A stretch of 62,418 bases of DNA, counting the filler, from Choristocarpus tenellus KU-1152 (lineage: Eukaryota; Protista; Phaeophyceae), in the NCBI GenBank assembly GCA_964200185.2. It is 12 parts of 12 records of this genome, joined end to end, with 100 filler letters (N's around TTAATTAATTAA, not from the genome) between each part and the next. Parts side by side here need not be neighbours in the genome. Positions count along the whole stretch, not along the records: positions 50,948 to 54,439 come from CAXNAD020019659.1; positions 54,540 to 57,099 come from CAXNAD020026771.1; positions 57,200 to 62,418 come from CAXNAD020011462.1; 9 more parts are not named here. The stretch is one strand, 5' to 3'. Below are positions 51,143 to 62,418 of the stretch, one piece after another (position 1 is the stretch's first letter; the number at the start of each line of letters is the position of its first letter). The notes beneath the pieces are model-generated. The model was not told where the DNA came from, did not search any database, and was given only the letters and a program-made list of their open reading frames with translations. The translations under genes were made by a program, and so were the position numbers.

Positions 51143-52436
51143 GAGCCAAAGTATCTTAGGGTTAGGGTAGAGCTGTGTTCGTTTGGGGGCTACAACCCAA
51201 TGTTGCAATTTTGATGTAATTTTGGCTATCGTGCTTGTTAGGAAGCGTCAATATCCTTGTTCCGGACACACCTTTTCATAACGTATACGTTTTACCTGCT
51301 CCGAAATATCTTGGAGTAGGAGGAAAACATGTCATAAAAAAAATAAAATGGGAAGCCAAGTCCCAAACAGACACAATCAGGGCGACCATCGTACCCTCTA
51401 AGATACTTCCACTCTCACAAGTGTTGCTAACAATGAGCATGCGATTAAGGGCATAGGGAGTAAAAAAAAAAAAGAAGAAAATTTTCACATATGGGTCATA
51501 GCATAATGTGACAAAATGAGTCAATACCGTGCCCTTACTCCGCCACCTTGCCTCCATCCTCAATGTTGGCACCATAGTCGGAACTCGAAAATATTATACG
51601 AAGCAAAGCCAAGGCATGGGATCATTTGTCCAACGTCGTGGTTCTGTCATTGTCCGTGGAACATCTGGTTTGTCAGGGTATTGGTATCACACATAAGCCC
51701 TTCCATTCTTCGTAGTTTATAAACAAAGAGTGAAAGCATCTTAGAGGGTACGAGTTTTGCCCTGTTTGTCCATTTGGGGCTTGGCTTCCTATGGTCTTTT
51801 AATGACATTTTCCTACTCCAAAAAGTTTCAGAGTAGGCAAAATGTGTACGATATGAAAAGGTGTGCCTAGAACAAGGATATTGAGCCAAAGTATCTTAGA
51901 GGGTACAATCGCGTCCATTTGGGGACCAAAATCCAACATTGCAATTTTGATGTAGTTTTGACTATCGTATTTGTTAGGAGATGTCAATATCCTTGTCTGG
52001 ACACTCCTTTTCATAATGTATACATTCTACCTACTACGAAAACGTTTCGGAGTAGGTAAAATGTCAATAAAAAAATCCATGGGAAGCCAAGGCTCAAAGT
52101 ATCTGGGAGGGGGTGGCGGCTGTCCATTGCGGGTCAAATTTTTTATATCGCGATTTTTGTGTGATTTGGCTGCCATATGTCAGATGGATAATGCAAATGC
52201 ACTTTTCCCGATTTTGGTCCAAATGGACACCCTCGTGTAGACGCCCCCACCCCCCCAGATACTTTGGGTCCAAGCCCCACATGGATAAACAGGACAAAAC
52301 TCGTACCCTTTAAGATACTTTCACCCAATTGACACTTCCTAACAAACACGATAGTCAAAATCACATCAAAATCGCAACATTAAACTTTGGACCCCAAAAT
52401 GGACGTGACTCTACCCTCTAAAAGATACTTTGGCTC
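51143..52436. mobile_element. Cluster of ~260-bp family B elements (GAG...CTC termini, AAAGTATCTTAGAGGG TIR): 51143-51414, and 51728-52436 containing nested B 51883-52326 containing nested MITE A 52091-52270
   Basis: Comparison with the intact copy 58210-58467 shows the outer element split at GGATATT|GACACTTCC. The inner MITE has TSD CAA. Confidence 0.85.
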
Positions 52437-52894
52437 AAATTGAGATAATACTCAGTGGAAAAGTTCAACAAACCAGTGAAAATTTGGGAAAGCTCTCTTG
52501 CAGAAGTTAAGCTTCCCGCAGGGCTGACTCTACCACTATTTCAAGGCACTTGATCCTACCACCGTGTCTGGCTTGATGCATTGCTCCGGTCCTCAGAGCA
52601 GAAAGACATATGTCTCCTTGTTTCAACCAAGGAAAACAAAAAAGGTATACCTTCCAATGGAATTTACCTCGGTCATCCCCAAAAGCCCTATCCCAATGCG
52701 AGTTTTATCCCTAACTCTGTACAACGACTCACCACAACATTACTCAGTCCTCAATAATAGTCTCGAATAATACATCCATAGTTTGGGAAGACATCCTGCT
52801 CGGAGATCTACCCAACACAGAAGGTCTGCGGCAATCCCCCCCAGACGTATAGTATAGTATAAATGATTCAATTTCCAGGATGCATTAAACTCAC

Positions 52895-54095
52895 CTTGAA
52901 AAATGATCCTGAAGTGGCTGATTCAACATGCACAACCCTCCTAGGTGGTATGTTCGTGTTGCCTCCCAACATGCCCGTTTGTCTGCCCCACCCCCGTCCT
53001 TCTGCAACTGGGGCATGTGCTTCAGCTTCTCGAAAGACCCGTACAACATCCTTAGGCCCCAGGACAGTGTGGCCAGTCCCGTCACAAAAGTCTATGTTAA
53101 TGAAAGCTCGAACCTGATGTATGGGAAGCAATGCGTCTGAGTTTGACAGACGAGAAACACTGGTGCATCCCAAGCTCTGACAATTCAACCTAAAGGGGCG
53201 CCTATTTATATTGCCCTAGGTGGTGCTCCTCCAATGATCTATCTCATTGATCCCACAAATCCTATGTTGTTGCATCATTGAGACACAACCACGAGCACAT
53301 TCAGTATGTATGAAATCAATTGTATATTTTCATCTGCATAATCTTGGGTGAAGATATGGAGTCGTCAAGGTGAACTTGGGAGGTAGTGTAAGGAGATGCA
53401 TCCCTATGTGGAGGTTGAAGGTCTCAGTAGTTGTTACTATTCATTACCGACTTTGGGGGATATTTTGGTTGGTGCGTTAATTCTGGGTAACATGGAAGGC
53501 GGGTTGGTTGGTTGGGAGGGTGATCGAGGCGATTTATAAACGGTGACTATTGGCACATGCATGGGTGCTTTGATCGATGCATAGATTGGAGGTGTGCTTA
53601 AATAATGGTTACGTGTATCCCTGAACTATGTGCACCAATAGAGTGCACTGTTTAGCCGTTCAGTCCAATATACTCAGTTCTCCCAGTATAGTAGCCGAGT
53701 TGTTATATCATGTTCAACTGTTATTCAAGTGCTGAAAGCATAGTAGACGTTTGTTCACAGGTCGTAGACATGTCACCTACACACCACGTTGAGGAATGAT
53801 GATACACTCATTGTGCAACCCCTCCCCCCCACCATGCAATGCGACCATTGGTCTATCCCCTCACCTCCTCAGGAAGCAAAGGTTCGCCCTCACAAAGATC
53901 AGTGTCTGTCAGTTCCGAATGGTGGTGGTGGTGGTGCTCCCTCCCCCGTCCCTTGCTCTGGGAAGTACTTGGAGGCTTGCTCAACTTATCCGCTAAAGCA
54001 TCTGTCCCTCCAAAGCCTCCCTGCCATTGTTTGTTGAGGAGCGGACTCTCGGGTCCTGTGCTATTGCTCCGGCTATTCACAGCTGGCTTATGTAT
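52895..54095 (-). CDS. Two internal exons (54095-53865, 53113-52895) of an unknown protein with a poly-His linker
   Basis: Both exons are phase 0, open, and bounded by AG/GTGAG sites: IHKPAVNSRS...HHHHHH...PLLPEE|VRAFINIDFCDGTG...SGSFFK. Confidence 0.5.
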
Positions 54096-54624
54096 CTAGG
54101 ACGACCACATGTAGGGCATGGTGTACATCATGGATTGAAGGCCACAACAGGGGCTACGATAGTTGGAGGGATTGTGGTAGACACAACAAAAAAAATCATT
54201 AATGGGGTGCCATGATATGATATCCAGACAAGAGTTCTTGATCCTCGATCATAATCCCGAGGTAGAATTCAAGACATTCAACTCTGCGTAAGATGTGAGG
54301 TATATATATATATATACATATTATGTATGATTAAGGTGTAAGACAGTCAGAGAGAAAAAAGTGTATAGATAAAAAATATATATTAAAAAAAAAAGTGGTA
54401 CTGACACACTGCAAGAAAAAGGGCCAAAGTATCTTGGGGNNNNNNNNNNNNNNNNNNNNNNNNNNNNNNNNNNNNNNNNNNNNTTAATTAATTAANNNNN
54501 NNNNNNNNNNNNNNNNNNNNNNNNNNNNNNNNNNNNNNNATCAAAATCGCAACACTGGATTTTGGCCCCCAAATGGACGCGGCTCTACCCTCTAAGATAC
54601 TTTGACTCAGACACTCCACAAGAT

Positions 54625-55250
54625 CACTCTTCTTTTCAACCATGTAATCGCATTTTCATACTCGTAATTGGTCTCACTCCCCCACTCAGCCCCTACTGGT
54701 CAATGACTAGTGCTGCGGCCCCAGCAAGTCCAGCTCATCAGTTGCCACACCATCCTCCTCTGACGTTGCGTGCACTCCAGTCGATCGCTCCAGATCAATA
54801 TCCATTCCCACCATCTTTGACGTAGTCCCTGGGTCGATGGCATCTCCTGAAACACCTCCAAGGGTATACTCCCCTGTCAAAGCCTGGGGGGAGGCAGGAA
54901 CTGACGCACTCATCCCAATAAGGACTGGAGTAGATATCATCACCTGAGGAACACCTGAGGAGAATGCAAAGTCAGAGGAGGATGTTGCAATGACAGGAGA
55001 GTATACCTTTGGAGGGGTTTCAGGAGATGCCATTGACCCAGGGGCTACGTCAAATATGGTGGGAATGGATATCGATCTGGAGCGATTGACTGGAGTGTAC
55101 GCAACGTCAGAGGAGGATGTTACGGGAACTGATAAGCTGAACTTTGCTAGAGTCACAGCACATGTCACTGACCCGTGGGGGCAGAGTGGGGGAGTCAAAC
55201 CCACTACAAGTATAGAAATTCATCAGATGCATCACCAACTTGGTCATTGT
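54625..55250. repeat. Inverted repeat with ~250-bp arms (54625-54880 / 54990-55250)
   Basis: For example CCTCTGACGTTGCGTGCACTCCAGTC (54757) pairs with GACTGGAGTGTACGCAACGTCAGAGG (55088). Confidence 0.85.
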
Positions 55251-57099
55251 CACGAGAGATGGTTCGAAGGGAAGCTAAGGATCTTGCATTCTTTTTACAG
55301 GAAAACGGAAGAAGTACTTCAAGGGATGTGCTATTGGCAAGGCTCATCGATAACCGGTTCCAAAGGTGACGTCAAGCAGGTCGGAGGAACTTCAGGGAGG
55401 GTCTTCATTGATCTGAGTGGTCCGAAGCCTAGGGCGAGTAGCCCAGGAGGTATTTCGCACGAGATACTAATGTTTGTGATAATACTGGGATGGGTTGGAT
55501 AACATTTTTTTTTAGATCCGAGGATGAGACTGGCAAGGTGTTCAGGAAGTTTATTCCCAATGTGGCTGAAACAGAGACATCCAGCATTGCGTATGTGAGG
55601 ACTGACGAGGGGCCAGAGTATTGACTTTGAGGATGTACTTGATGAACACAAGATAAGGCATGAGTACATGGTGCATGGAGTTCTTCAACTCAATGGGAAG
55701 TGGGACGGGTCAGCCCACTGATTGCGGGAAGAGGCTTGTTCATGATACATGCAGCTGGTCTGGGGGATTGAGTGGGATTGAGGGCCGAGGTACACAAAAT
55801 AGCTCTAACGCCCTTACTAACTCGTCCCCCACGTCTGCTAATCCTCACTGGAAGTTCCCATATGAAATTATTTATGGTGTTCCTACTCATCCTCATCTAT
55901 CACCACTTTGGGGTCTAAAGGGATACACTAGAGTGGATAACAGCATGCAAAAATGGCTCCTCGAGCTGAACCATGCTTGATGATGGGACTTTCCTCCAAC
56001 CACCCTTCCATACACTGCGGGTCCTGCTTCTCAACTCAAGAAAAGTAGTCCGTAGGAAGGACTACATGTGGGAACATTACACTGATTCAGTGACTCCAAT
56101 GACAGATGGGGACACTGTGGGATCTGTGTTAAGTCCTGAAGTACTAGGCAATGAGCGGGAGGTAGAAGGAGAGACAGTGGGGATCAGATGGGGTATTGGA
56201 TACAGGCATGGGTAATGTGGATCAGAAGTCGCAGAAGGGGAGTGGGAGGAATACATTGATGCTGAGACTTGCATATCGCAACTGAGACCCTACACCTGAG
56301 CCAAGATCACCATCCAAGCAACAACCGAGGTATGAGAGGAGACTGATTGGTCTTCTTGTTGGTGGAAAATAAACATTTTGCTCCTACCAGAACCCAAGAC
56401 AATTCGAGAGGCGATTTGGATAGCAGGGGAGTGTGGATTCAAATGGAGAAGTGAAGAGGTACAAGGCTAGGTTGATTGTTTAAGGATTTCGGCAGAGGAA
56501 GGGGAAGGACTACTTCAAGTCATTTGCACCTACCTACTTGCGTTTCTCTTCCCATGCTGCTTGCTTTTTAGGCGGGAGTTGAATTATGTTTTGATTCATA
56601 GTGATGGGAAGAAGGCCTTCACCGAGTCTGGCTTGGAGGAGACACTGTATGTGTAACTACCAGAGGGGAAGGCAAAGTTTGATGGAGCAGTAGGATTACT
56701 GGAGAAGTCCTTGCCTGGGATAGTCGAGCCGTCTCGGAACTGGGATTTTCTACTTGTGGAAACCTTACTGGAGCTGGGATTGGAACAATCTGAGGCAGAT
56801 CCATGTGTATTCCGATTGATTGTGGATGTTAAGGTCGTAGTAATTGTGATCGTCCATGTGGATGACATGCTGATGACAGAGGAATCAGGGGCAGGCTATG
56901 CTGTTGGTGTCATCAAAGGGTTAAACAAGAAGTTCGAGGTGGTGAATTTGGGTGAGGTGACCAAATTCATGGGCTGCAGGATGAGAAGAAACAGGAAAAC
57001 CAGGACACTTGTGGTGGACCAGAGCTTGTACATAGGAGAACTGGTGGAAGTGTTACAGGCGAATAGCGCGAGCGTTTCTTCTTGTATTTCAACGAAGTG
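54990..57099 (+). mobile_element. Degraded Ty1/copia retrotransposon pol (GAG-pre-integrase, integrase, RT)
   Basis: HHQLGH; VFIDLSGP; PYEIIYG; then RT motifs EETLYV, KSLPGIVEPSRNW, QSEADPCVFR, IVHVDDML, NLGEVTKFMGCR, DQSLYI. Integrase-before-RT order; many stops. Confidence 0.92.
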
Positions 57100-57759
57100 N
57101 NNNNNNNNNNNNNNNNNNNNNNNNNNNNNNNNNNNNNNNNNNNTTAATTAATTAANNNNNNNNNNNNNNNNNNNNNNNNNNNNNNNNNNNNNNNNNNNNG
57201 GGGGGGGGGTGGGGGGGGCTCTGCGCCAGGATGTCTATTTAGGCCATACCCAGGAAAAGTGCACATACATTATCCATCCGACGTATGAAACCAAATCACC
57301 CAAAAATCACGACAAAAAAAATTGGCCCCAAATGGACAGCCACCACCCCCCTCAGATAATTTAAGTTATATGCTGCTAGCTATTCCTGTAACAAGTGTTT
57401 GGTACATGGCAGATGTTGATACGAAAAAGAAAACAATAACTTTGAGTTTTGCGCGAGTTTGTCAGTTGGCGAACTTACGCAAAATAGAAGGCAAAGATTG
57501 TAAGTGTGAAAGGACGGTCTGCAGTCGATTGAAACGTACGTATGTACGATTCTCACGCTGCGCGTGGTGTTGACGTAAAGGGAAGGCACGGATGTGGCAT
57601 AATTTTCATTGATATCTATTGCGTGTTTTGTGTAGGAGTGGACAAGGGGCAGGAGGGGGGGGGCTGTCACCAGCGGCAAATAGAGGCGAACTATGTGAGT
57701 GTGGGGGACTGTGCATGTGGAGGGTATCTACCTTGGTCACGATTGTCTATCCTGGAGGA

Positions 57760-60150
57760 ACCTTATGGCCCTTGCAGTAGCATCACTCTTCCTCTGGTGT
57801 CGTATCCCTCAAGGTGTATTGGGTTTTGGTTGCCTTGATTGTCTCCAAGAGGGATGAGGTTCCTGGCATGCGCACCCCGTCTAACTCCAGCCTCCTGGTA
57901 GCAGACTTCACCACAGCTCCGACTCCAACGGACAAGGATTTTGCCGTGACAGGAGGCAAATAAGTTGTATACTACAAAAATTCCCATCCGTGCTAAAGAC
58001 TGAGAAACCCACCACATCTGCCATTTGTTCTTGAACTGACTCCCGCAGCCATCGGATAAGATATTGAGGACCTCTAGGGTCTGTCCGTATTCCCAGGCTA
58101 GAGGTATCAAGTGGTCTGTCACAAACATCTCCACGGCGTTCTTGACGAACTGATTGTCTTGACTTCGGTCCTCACTACACACCGTAATGCTGTGGGCCCA
58201 CGCCCTTCCGAGTGAAAGTATCTTAGAGGGTACGATTTTTGCCCTGTTTGTCAATTTGGGGCTCGACTTCCCATGGTTTTTTCATGACATTTTACCTACT
58301 CCGAAATATTTTGGAGTGGGTAAAATGTGTACGTAATGAAAAGGTGTGTCCAGAACATGGATATTGACACTTCCTAACAAACACAACAGTCAAAATTATA
58401 TCAAAATCGCAACATCGGATTTTGACCCCAAATGGACACGGCTCTACCCTCTAAGATACTTTAGCTCTTCCCTTTTCAAGGTTTCCCTCTTCCCTCAGAT
58501 CCCTCAACCACCAAACTATGGTCAGAAGCGCCGTGAGGAGTAGATTGAAGAACTCTTTTGTGTCAAGTCTTTGTGGTTGTGTTGAAGGTGGACACTGAAG
58601 TCCATGGACATGGTGGTGTGGCCTTTGGGGAGACAGGATTCGCAGTGTTTGTATTGTTGCGCCTGCCAGATCGTGGTGTTGCGATGAAGGAAAACGCTAT
58701 TGTCAAAGTTTGCAAAGATGACCTTTACGAGTGTAGGGAACCCCTCCGTCCGTGGGAACAGCACCTGAATTTTAGAGGGCAAATGATCGCGTTTCGAGCA
58801 TTACAGCTAGTGATAAGTCGTAACGATGCAGATTATCCGCCCTCAGCTCTGCATGTTTTGCCTTGATTATCTGGATAATGTCACCTTTGGTGACCCTGCT
58901 GGGGGCGGCGATGCCAATTCGGGAGGACAGCCCCTTGGCAGCAGTGTACAAGGAGATAGAGATTTACTGCAGCATGGGTGGGTCGTCAGGATGTTGACAG
59001 CGAAATATGCGTGACTGGTAGGGTTAGTTGCTGTATATCCGGGACTTGGTATGAGGGTGGAACCGGGCAGGTGTAACATCCCAACCTAATTGTTGGTCGT
59101 GTGTTTTTGCATAAGTCACAACTTGATCTCCAGGGAGGGGTTTTTGTTGCAGGTCTGCCTCCACCACCGGTGTATACACGTGGACGAACTTGTTCCATGT
59201 TACACTGATGCTGTGTGAGTTCAACATACGAGGGCATGTCCAGATCGGATGAAATTTCCAGTCACACTTGTCACATGCACCGTCGACACAAGAGCTTTTG
59301 CAACTGCCCAAGAAACCACCAGAGGACGGTTCACTGAGGGGCTCCAGCACGATCCTCTTGCATCTATTTTGCTTCGATTGGTCAAAATGAGTTTTTTGGG
59401 TCTGTGTAGAGGTCTGAGTATGGGATCACATTTCACCATTGAAGTCCGGCTATAACTTGGTACATGTGTACAGGACAGGGTGAAACGGTTTGAGAGCAGG
59501 TATGTAATGTGCGTTTCTACAGTGGGTAGATTATTTGGTTATTGCTCCAGCTCGTCGTGCTGACACATTAACCACGTTGTGGTTATGGTTTCACACAATA
59601 ACTTACAACAAGAAGGTTATCAAATCAGCAGCACTTTCGAGTGTTGCTACTTTTTCAGAGCCGCATCCTTTCCCTTTGTCGCAATATGCACATGTCCATG
59701 CGCAAGCCCATTGTCCATCATCACCAATGATCGTCCTCACATGTACTTTCTTCCAGTTCACTCTCAGGCACTGAACCTGAAGGTCGGTGGTCATGTGGTC
59801 AATGCAAACACATGACCTGTATCGTGTGAAGGAGGGCAGGAAGGGAGACGGTGGGCGTTAACACTCCCTGTGTGTGGAGACAGATGATGAGGTATGTGAG
59901 TGGACAGCCCGTGGCGGTACGGTACCATAGACTTACCCAAATTCCACTGTACTGTGCGTCCCAAAAAGTAGAAATACTGTTTCCGTACATACCTTGGCGT
60001 GGCTTTTGTGATGTAGAACTGTGTCCACTTCAAGAATGTCGACAGGAAGTGTATTGGTCCTGACGTCCCCTCCAGCTCGAATATCTCCCTGAAGCTCGCA
60101 TAGACATCCTCATCTGTCCCAATCTGTGTCCTGTTTCCACTTCGGTTACA
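57760..60150 (-). pseudogene. Sola2-like DDE transposase relic, frameshifted and interrupted by the family B element
   Basis: Motifs in order: STFLKWTQFYI; SCVDGACDKC; MSMDFSVHLQH; HSITVCSEDRSQDNQFV; ILSDGCGSQFKNK; YNLFASCHGK. These resemble Sola2 transposases (DFSENY...SDGxxxQYKN...FFATSHGK). Confidence 0.75.
58210..58467. mobile_element. Intact 258-bp family B non-autonomous element, 4-bp TSD TTCC. Partial ends also at 22317-22356, ~27050-27090, 54421-54439, 54540-54609
   Basis: GAGTGAAAGTATCTTAGAGGGTA...TACCCTCTAAGATACTTTAGCTC flanked by TTCC/TTCC. Confidence 0.9.
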
Positions 60151-61119
60151 CCATGTATATGTCGTGTTATTTTGAAGATTCGTTCGTAAAGAATGAAGAT
60201 GGTATAATGATTCACCCATAGTGTGGATGGGGGATGCACAATGCTTGTAACGATGCGAGATGCTCGTGTTGAATACCTCTGAGCGTGCTGTTGACCTCAT
60301 GTTGTAATAAGCGCGAGCAGTATACGAGATTAATAGCACATAAATAGCCTTAAAGAATAAGTGCTGATTCCTTAGAAGATGCAGAGTAAGATTCGTAATG
60401 CATACGTAACCTTACAGAAGAACCGTCAAAGTCCCTAGAAGTTGTAGAATAAAGATTTATGATCGGAGTATGTATACATCAGTTGCAGATATCTTTTTCC
60501 ATATAAAGGGCTTTTGGTCACAATCCATCTCCCCTCTTTAAAGAGTCTTTGATCTTGAACGAAACATTGAGTCGAGCTTGAGCTACGAACTGAGTGGAGT
60601 ATCGAGAGAAGGCTGTCTGACACCCCAAGAAACTGTTACCAAGGGCAATGCCCCCATAGCGTCGTTTTAAGGTCTATGGATTTGAGTTATACATCCTGTG
60701 GAGGTGAGTTCCGGAGTGTGCTGTAACATGGAGGTCCTACTGCCTCTCTTCAAACTGGAGAGAATATTCCGTATTCACCTCAGCACTTAGGATTCCTGGT
60801 AGCTTTCACGTCCGCCTAGATCTTTTTTTTCCTACTTGGGTTTGTGGTCTTCATTTGTCGTCTACGGGGTTTTCTTCTTCTTGGCCTCGTCGTCTCCATG
60901 GGTGTGATGGCATCTGCGGCTCTGAGGGAACCATCATCCTTCTATAGTCATAAAACGAGTGGCCCCTGATCGCCACATCATCTGCCTAGTCATACAACGA
61001 GTGGTCTCTGACCGCCATGGTCGAGACGTTGCCTAGGTAGTTAATTGTTCGTGATTCACCTACTCACATCCCTGTTCTCTTTTTGTGTGCCACCTTGCCC
61101 TTTATCTCCCTGGTTCACA

Positions 61120-62418
61120 TACATGTCTGGCTCACAGTATTCACAAGAAGTTGAGGTCGCCTCTGACCCACAGATTCTCCAAGGAATCGATGATTCGGAG
61201 AGATTCCAGCCCAGTACCACACCTCAAGAAAATTATGGTCGCAGCCATGTCCACTCTGCTGAATGTCAAGACAGGTAAAGAGAATACGTTCGTTTTCGGT
61301 CTTCCATTTGTGGCAGATCTCGCTCCAGGTTGAGATCCCAAGACAGGCACTCTCATCGAGACGGATGGAGGACCAGAGAAGAACACAGAGGCCGCACCCA
61401 CTCACCTCGACGTCACCATCGGACCAGCGATTATTGTTCTCCACACAGGTCTGTATCACCCAGGTCATTTCAGAGGAATAGCCTGAGTACGGTACATCAG
61501 TCCAGAGAGGTCGAGGCACAGTTGCGAAGAGAAATCCACGAGGTGCGTAAACGAGTTGAGTTGAAAGAGTTACAATCCAGTAGGCAGCAGCGGGACCGAA
61601 CCTCTCGCAACCTTGACATGCGTTATCGTCAAGATTGTGTTAGAACCATGGAACGAATTCATAAGAAACTCGGAGACCCTGCCAATGGTCCCATTTTTCT
61701 TGGAGTACCTGCAGATAACTCCGCCCCAACCATGTCAAACAAACCCATTTTCTTCGCTGATGCTCTTACAAAGGCTTTAGTGAGGGTTCAACGAGGATGA
61801 TGGACCTTACGTAAAGACCATGCCCACTATCATAATACATCACGTCCACGCAGTGATGACCTAACCCCTTTCCGCATCGAGCTTCTTGAGTAACTACTGT
61901 CTGAATCTCTCGGGATCCACAATGATCATCTGAGTGACTCATCTACAGTGGAAGTCCTGAGCACCACAGGACAACTCCTCCGGGTTCCTCGGGAAGATAT
62001 GATGGCTATTGAGTGGGTTCGTATCCTGGTGAGAGAATGTACTCTTTCTTACAGCCAATGGAAAAACGTCGTGAAGAATGCAATGAGTTCTTTAAGGACA
62101 GAGAGAAGGGAATCGTGGAAAGCTGCAGCCAACTGTCTTGTTTTATACTATTGAGTGTACAGCGTAGATTCGCGGATGCCTCATGTCTGCGAGATGACTT
62201 TCTTTTGGAGGTATATAGCTGAAGACCAACTCATTGATCTATATGAACGAGCTCTTTGTGAAACAGGTGGAAACAGCCAACAGGTTCTTCGTAATGAAGA
62301 GGAGCGGGAAGACCCACAGGAGGATAGATCAAAGAGAGACAAGGTCAAAGAGGAAGATCAATCCCTTCGAAGATAACTCAGGAAAAGAACCAACAAGCAG
62401 GAAGAGTGAAGGAAGGGG
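61120..62418 (+). pseudogene. Degraded long ORF, possibly gag-like from a retroelement
   Basis: Intronless low-complexity and coiled-coil segments in successive ORFs separated by single stops. No diagnostic motif seen. Confidence 0.3.

Larger units (their letters stand above)
7854..57199. other. Eleven artificial 100-bp contig spacers at 7854-7953, 16943-17042, 22217-22316, 25594-25693, 31344-31443, 36981-37080, 41975-42074, 45593-45692, 50848-50947, 54440-54539, 57100-57199
   Basis: Each is an identical 44N + TTAATTAATTAA + 44N block (stops in all six frames). LSG1, the acyl-CoA synthetase and the MASE1 gene do not resume across their spacers. Confidence 0.97.

Overview
Eukaryotic, intron-rich, transposon-rich DNA, most likely from a photosynthetic stramenopile (brown-alga-like). 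That assignment is inferred from the uL18 signature [16 protein letters not shown], a spliced MASE1 gene and interstitial TAACCC repeats. The window is 12 short contigs joined by 11 artificial 100-bp spacers (44N-TTAATTAATTAA-44N). Genes broken at a spacer do not continue on the next contig, so adjacency across spacers cannot be trusted. Host genes: RPL5/uL18 (7 visible exons, unusual acidic insertion), the 3' part of LSG1, a multi-exon coiled-coil gene paired head-to-head with an unknown gene, 5 exons of a bubblegum-type long-chain acyl-CoA synthetase, a 6-exon MASE1 membrane-sensor gene, and a few unassigned exons. Mobile DNA: two related AAAGTATCT-TIR non-autonomous families (~180 and ~260 bp, 3-4 bp TSDs, nested three deep at one site), a Sola2-like transposase relic, Ty3/gypsy and Ty1/copia relics, a tyrosine-recombinase relic, a foldback element and a probable Replitron-like HUH relic. 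The most unusual item is a spliced, decaying gene encoding ParB/Srx-like domain + helical/HTH-like region + acidic linker + C4HC3 PHD finger, next to a tandem array that resembles subterminal repeats. All family assignments come from motif recognition by eye; no searches were run.
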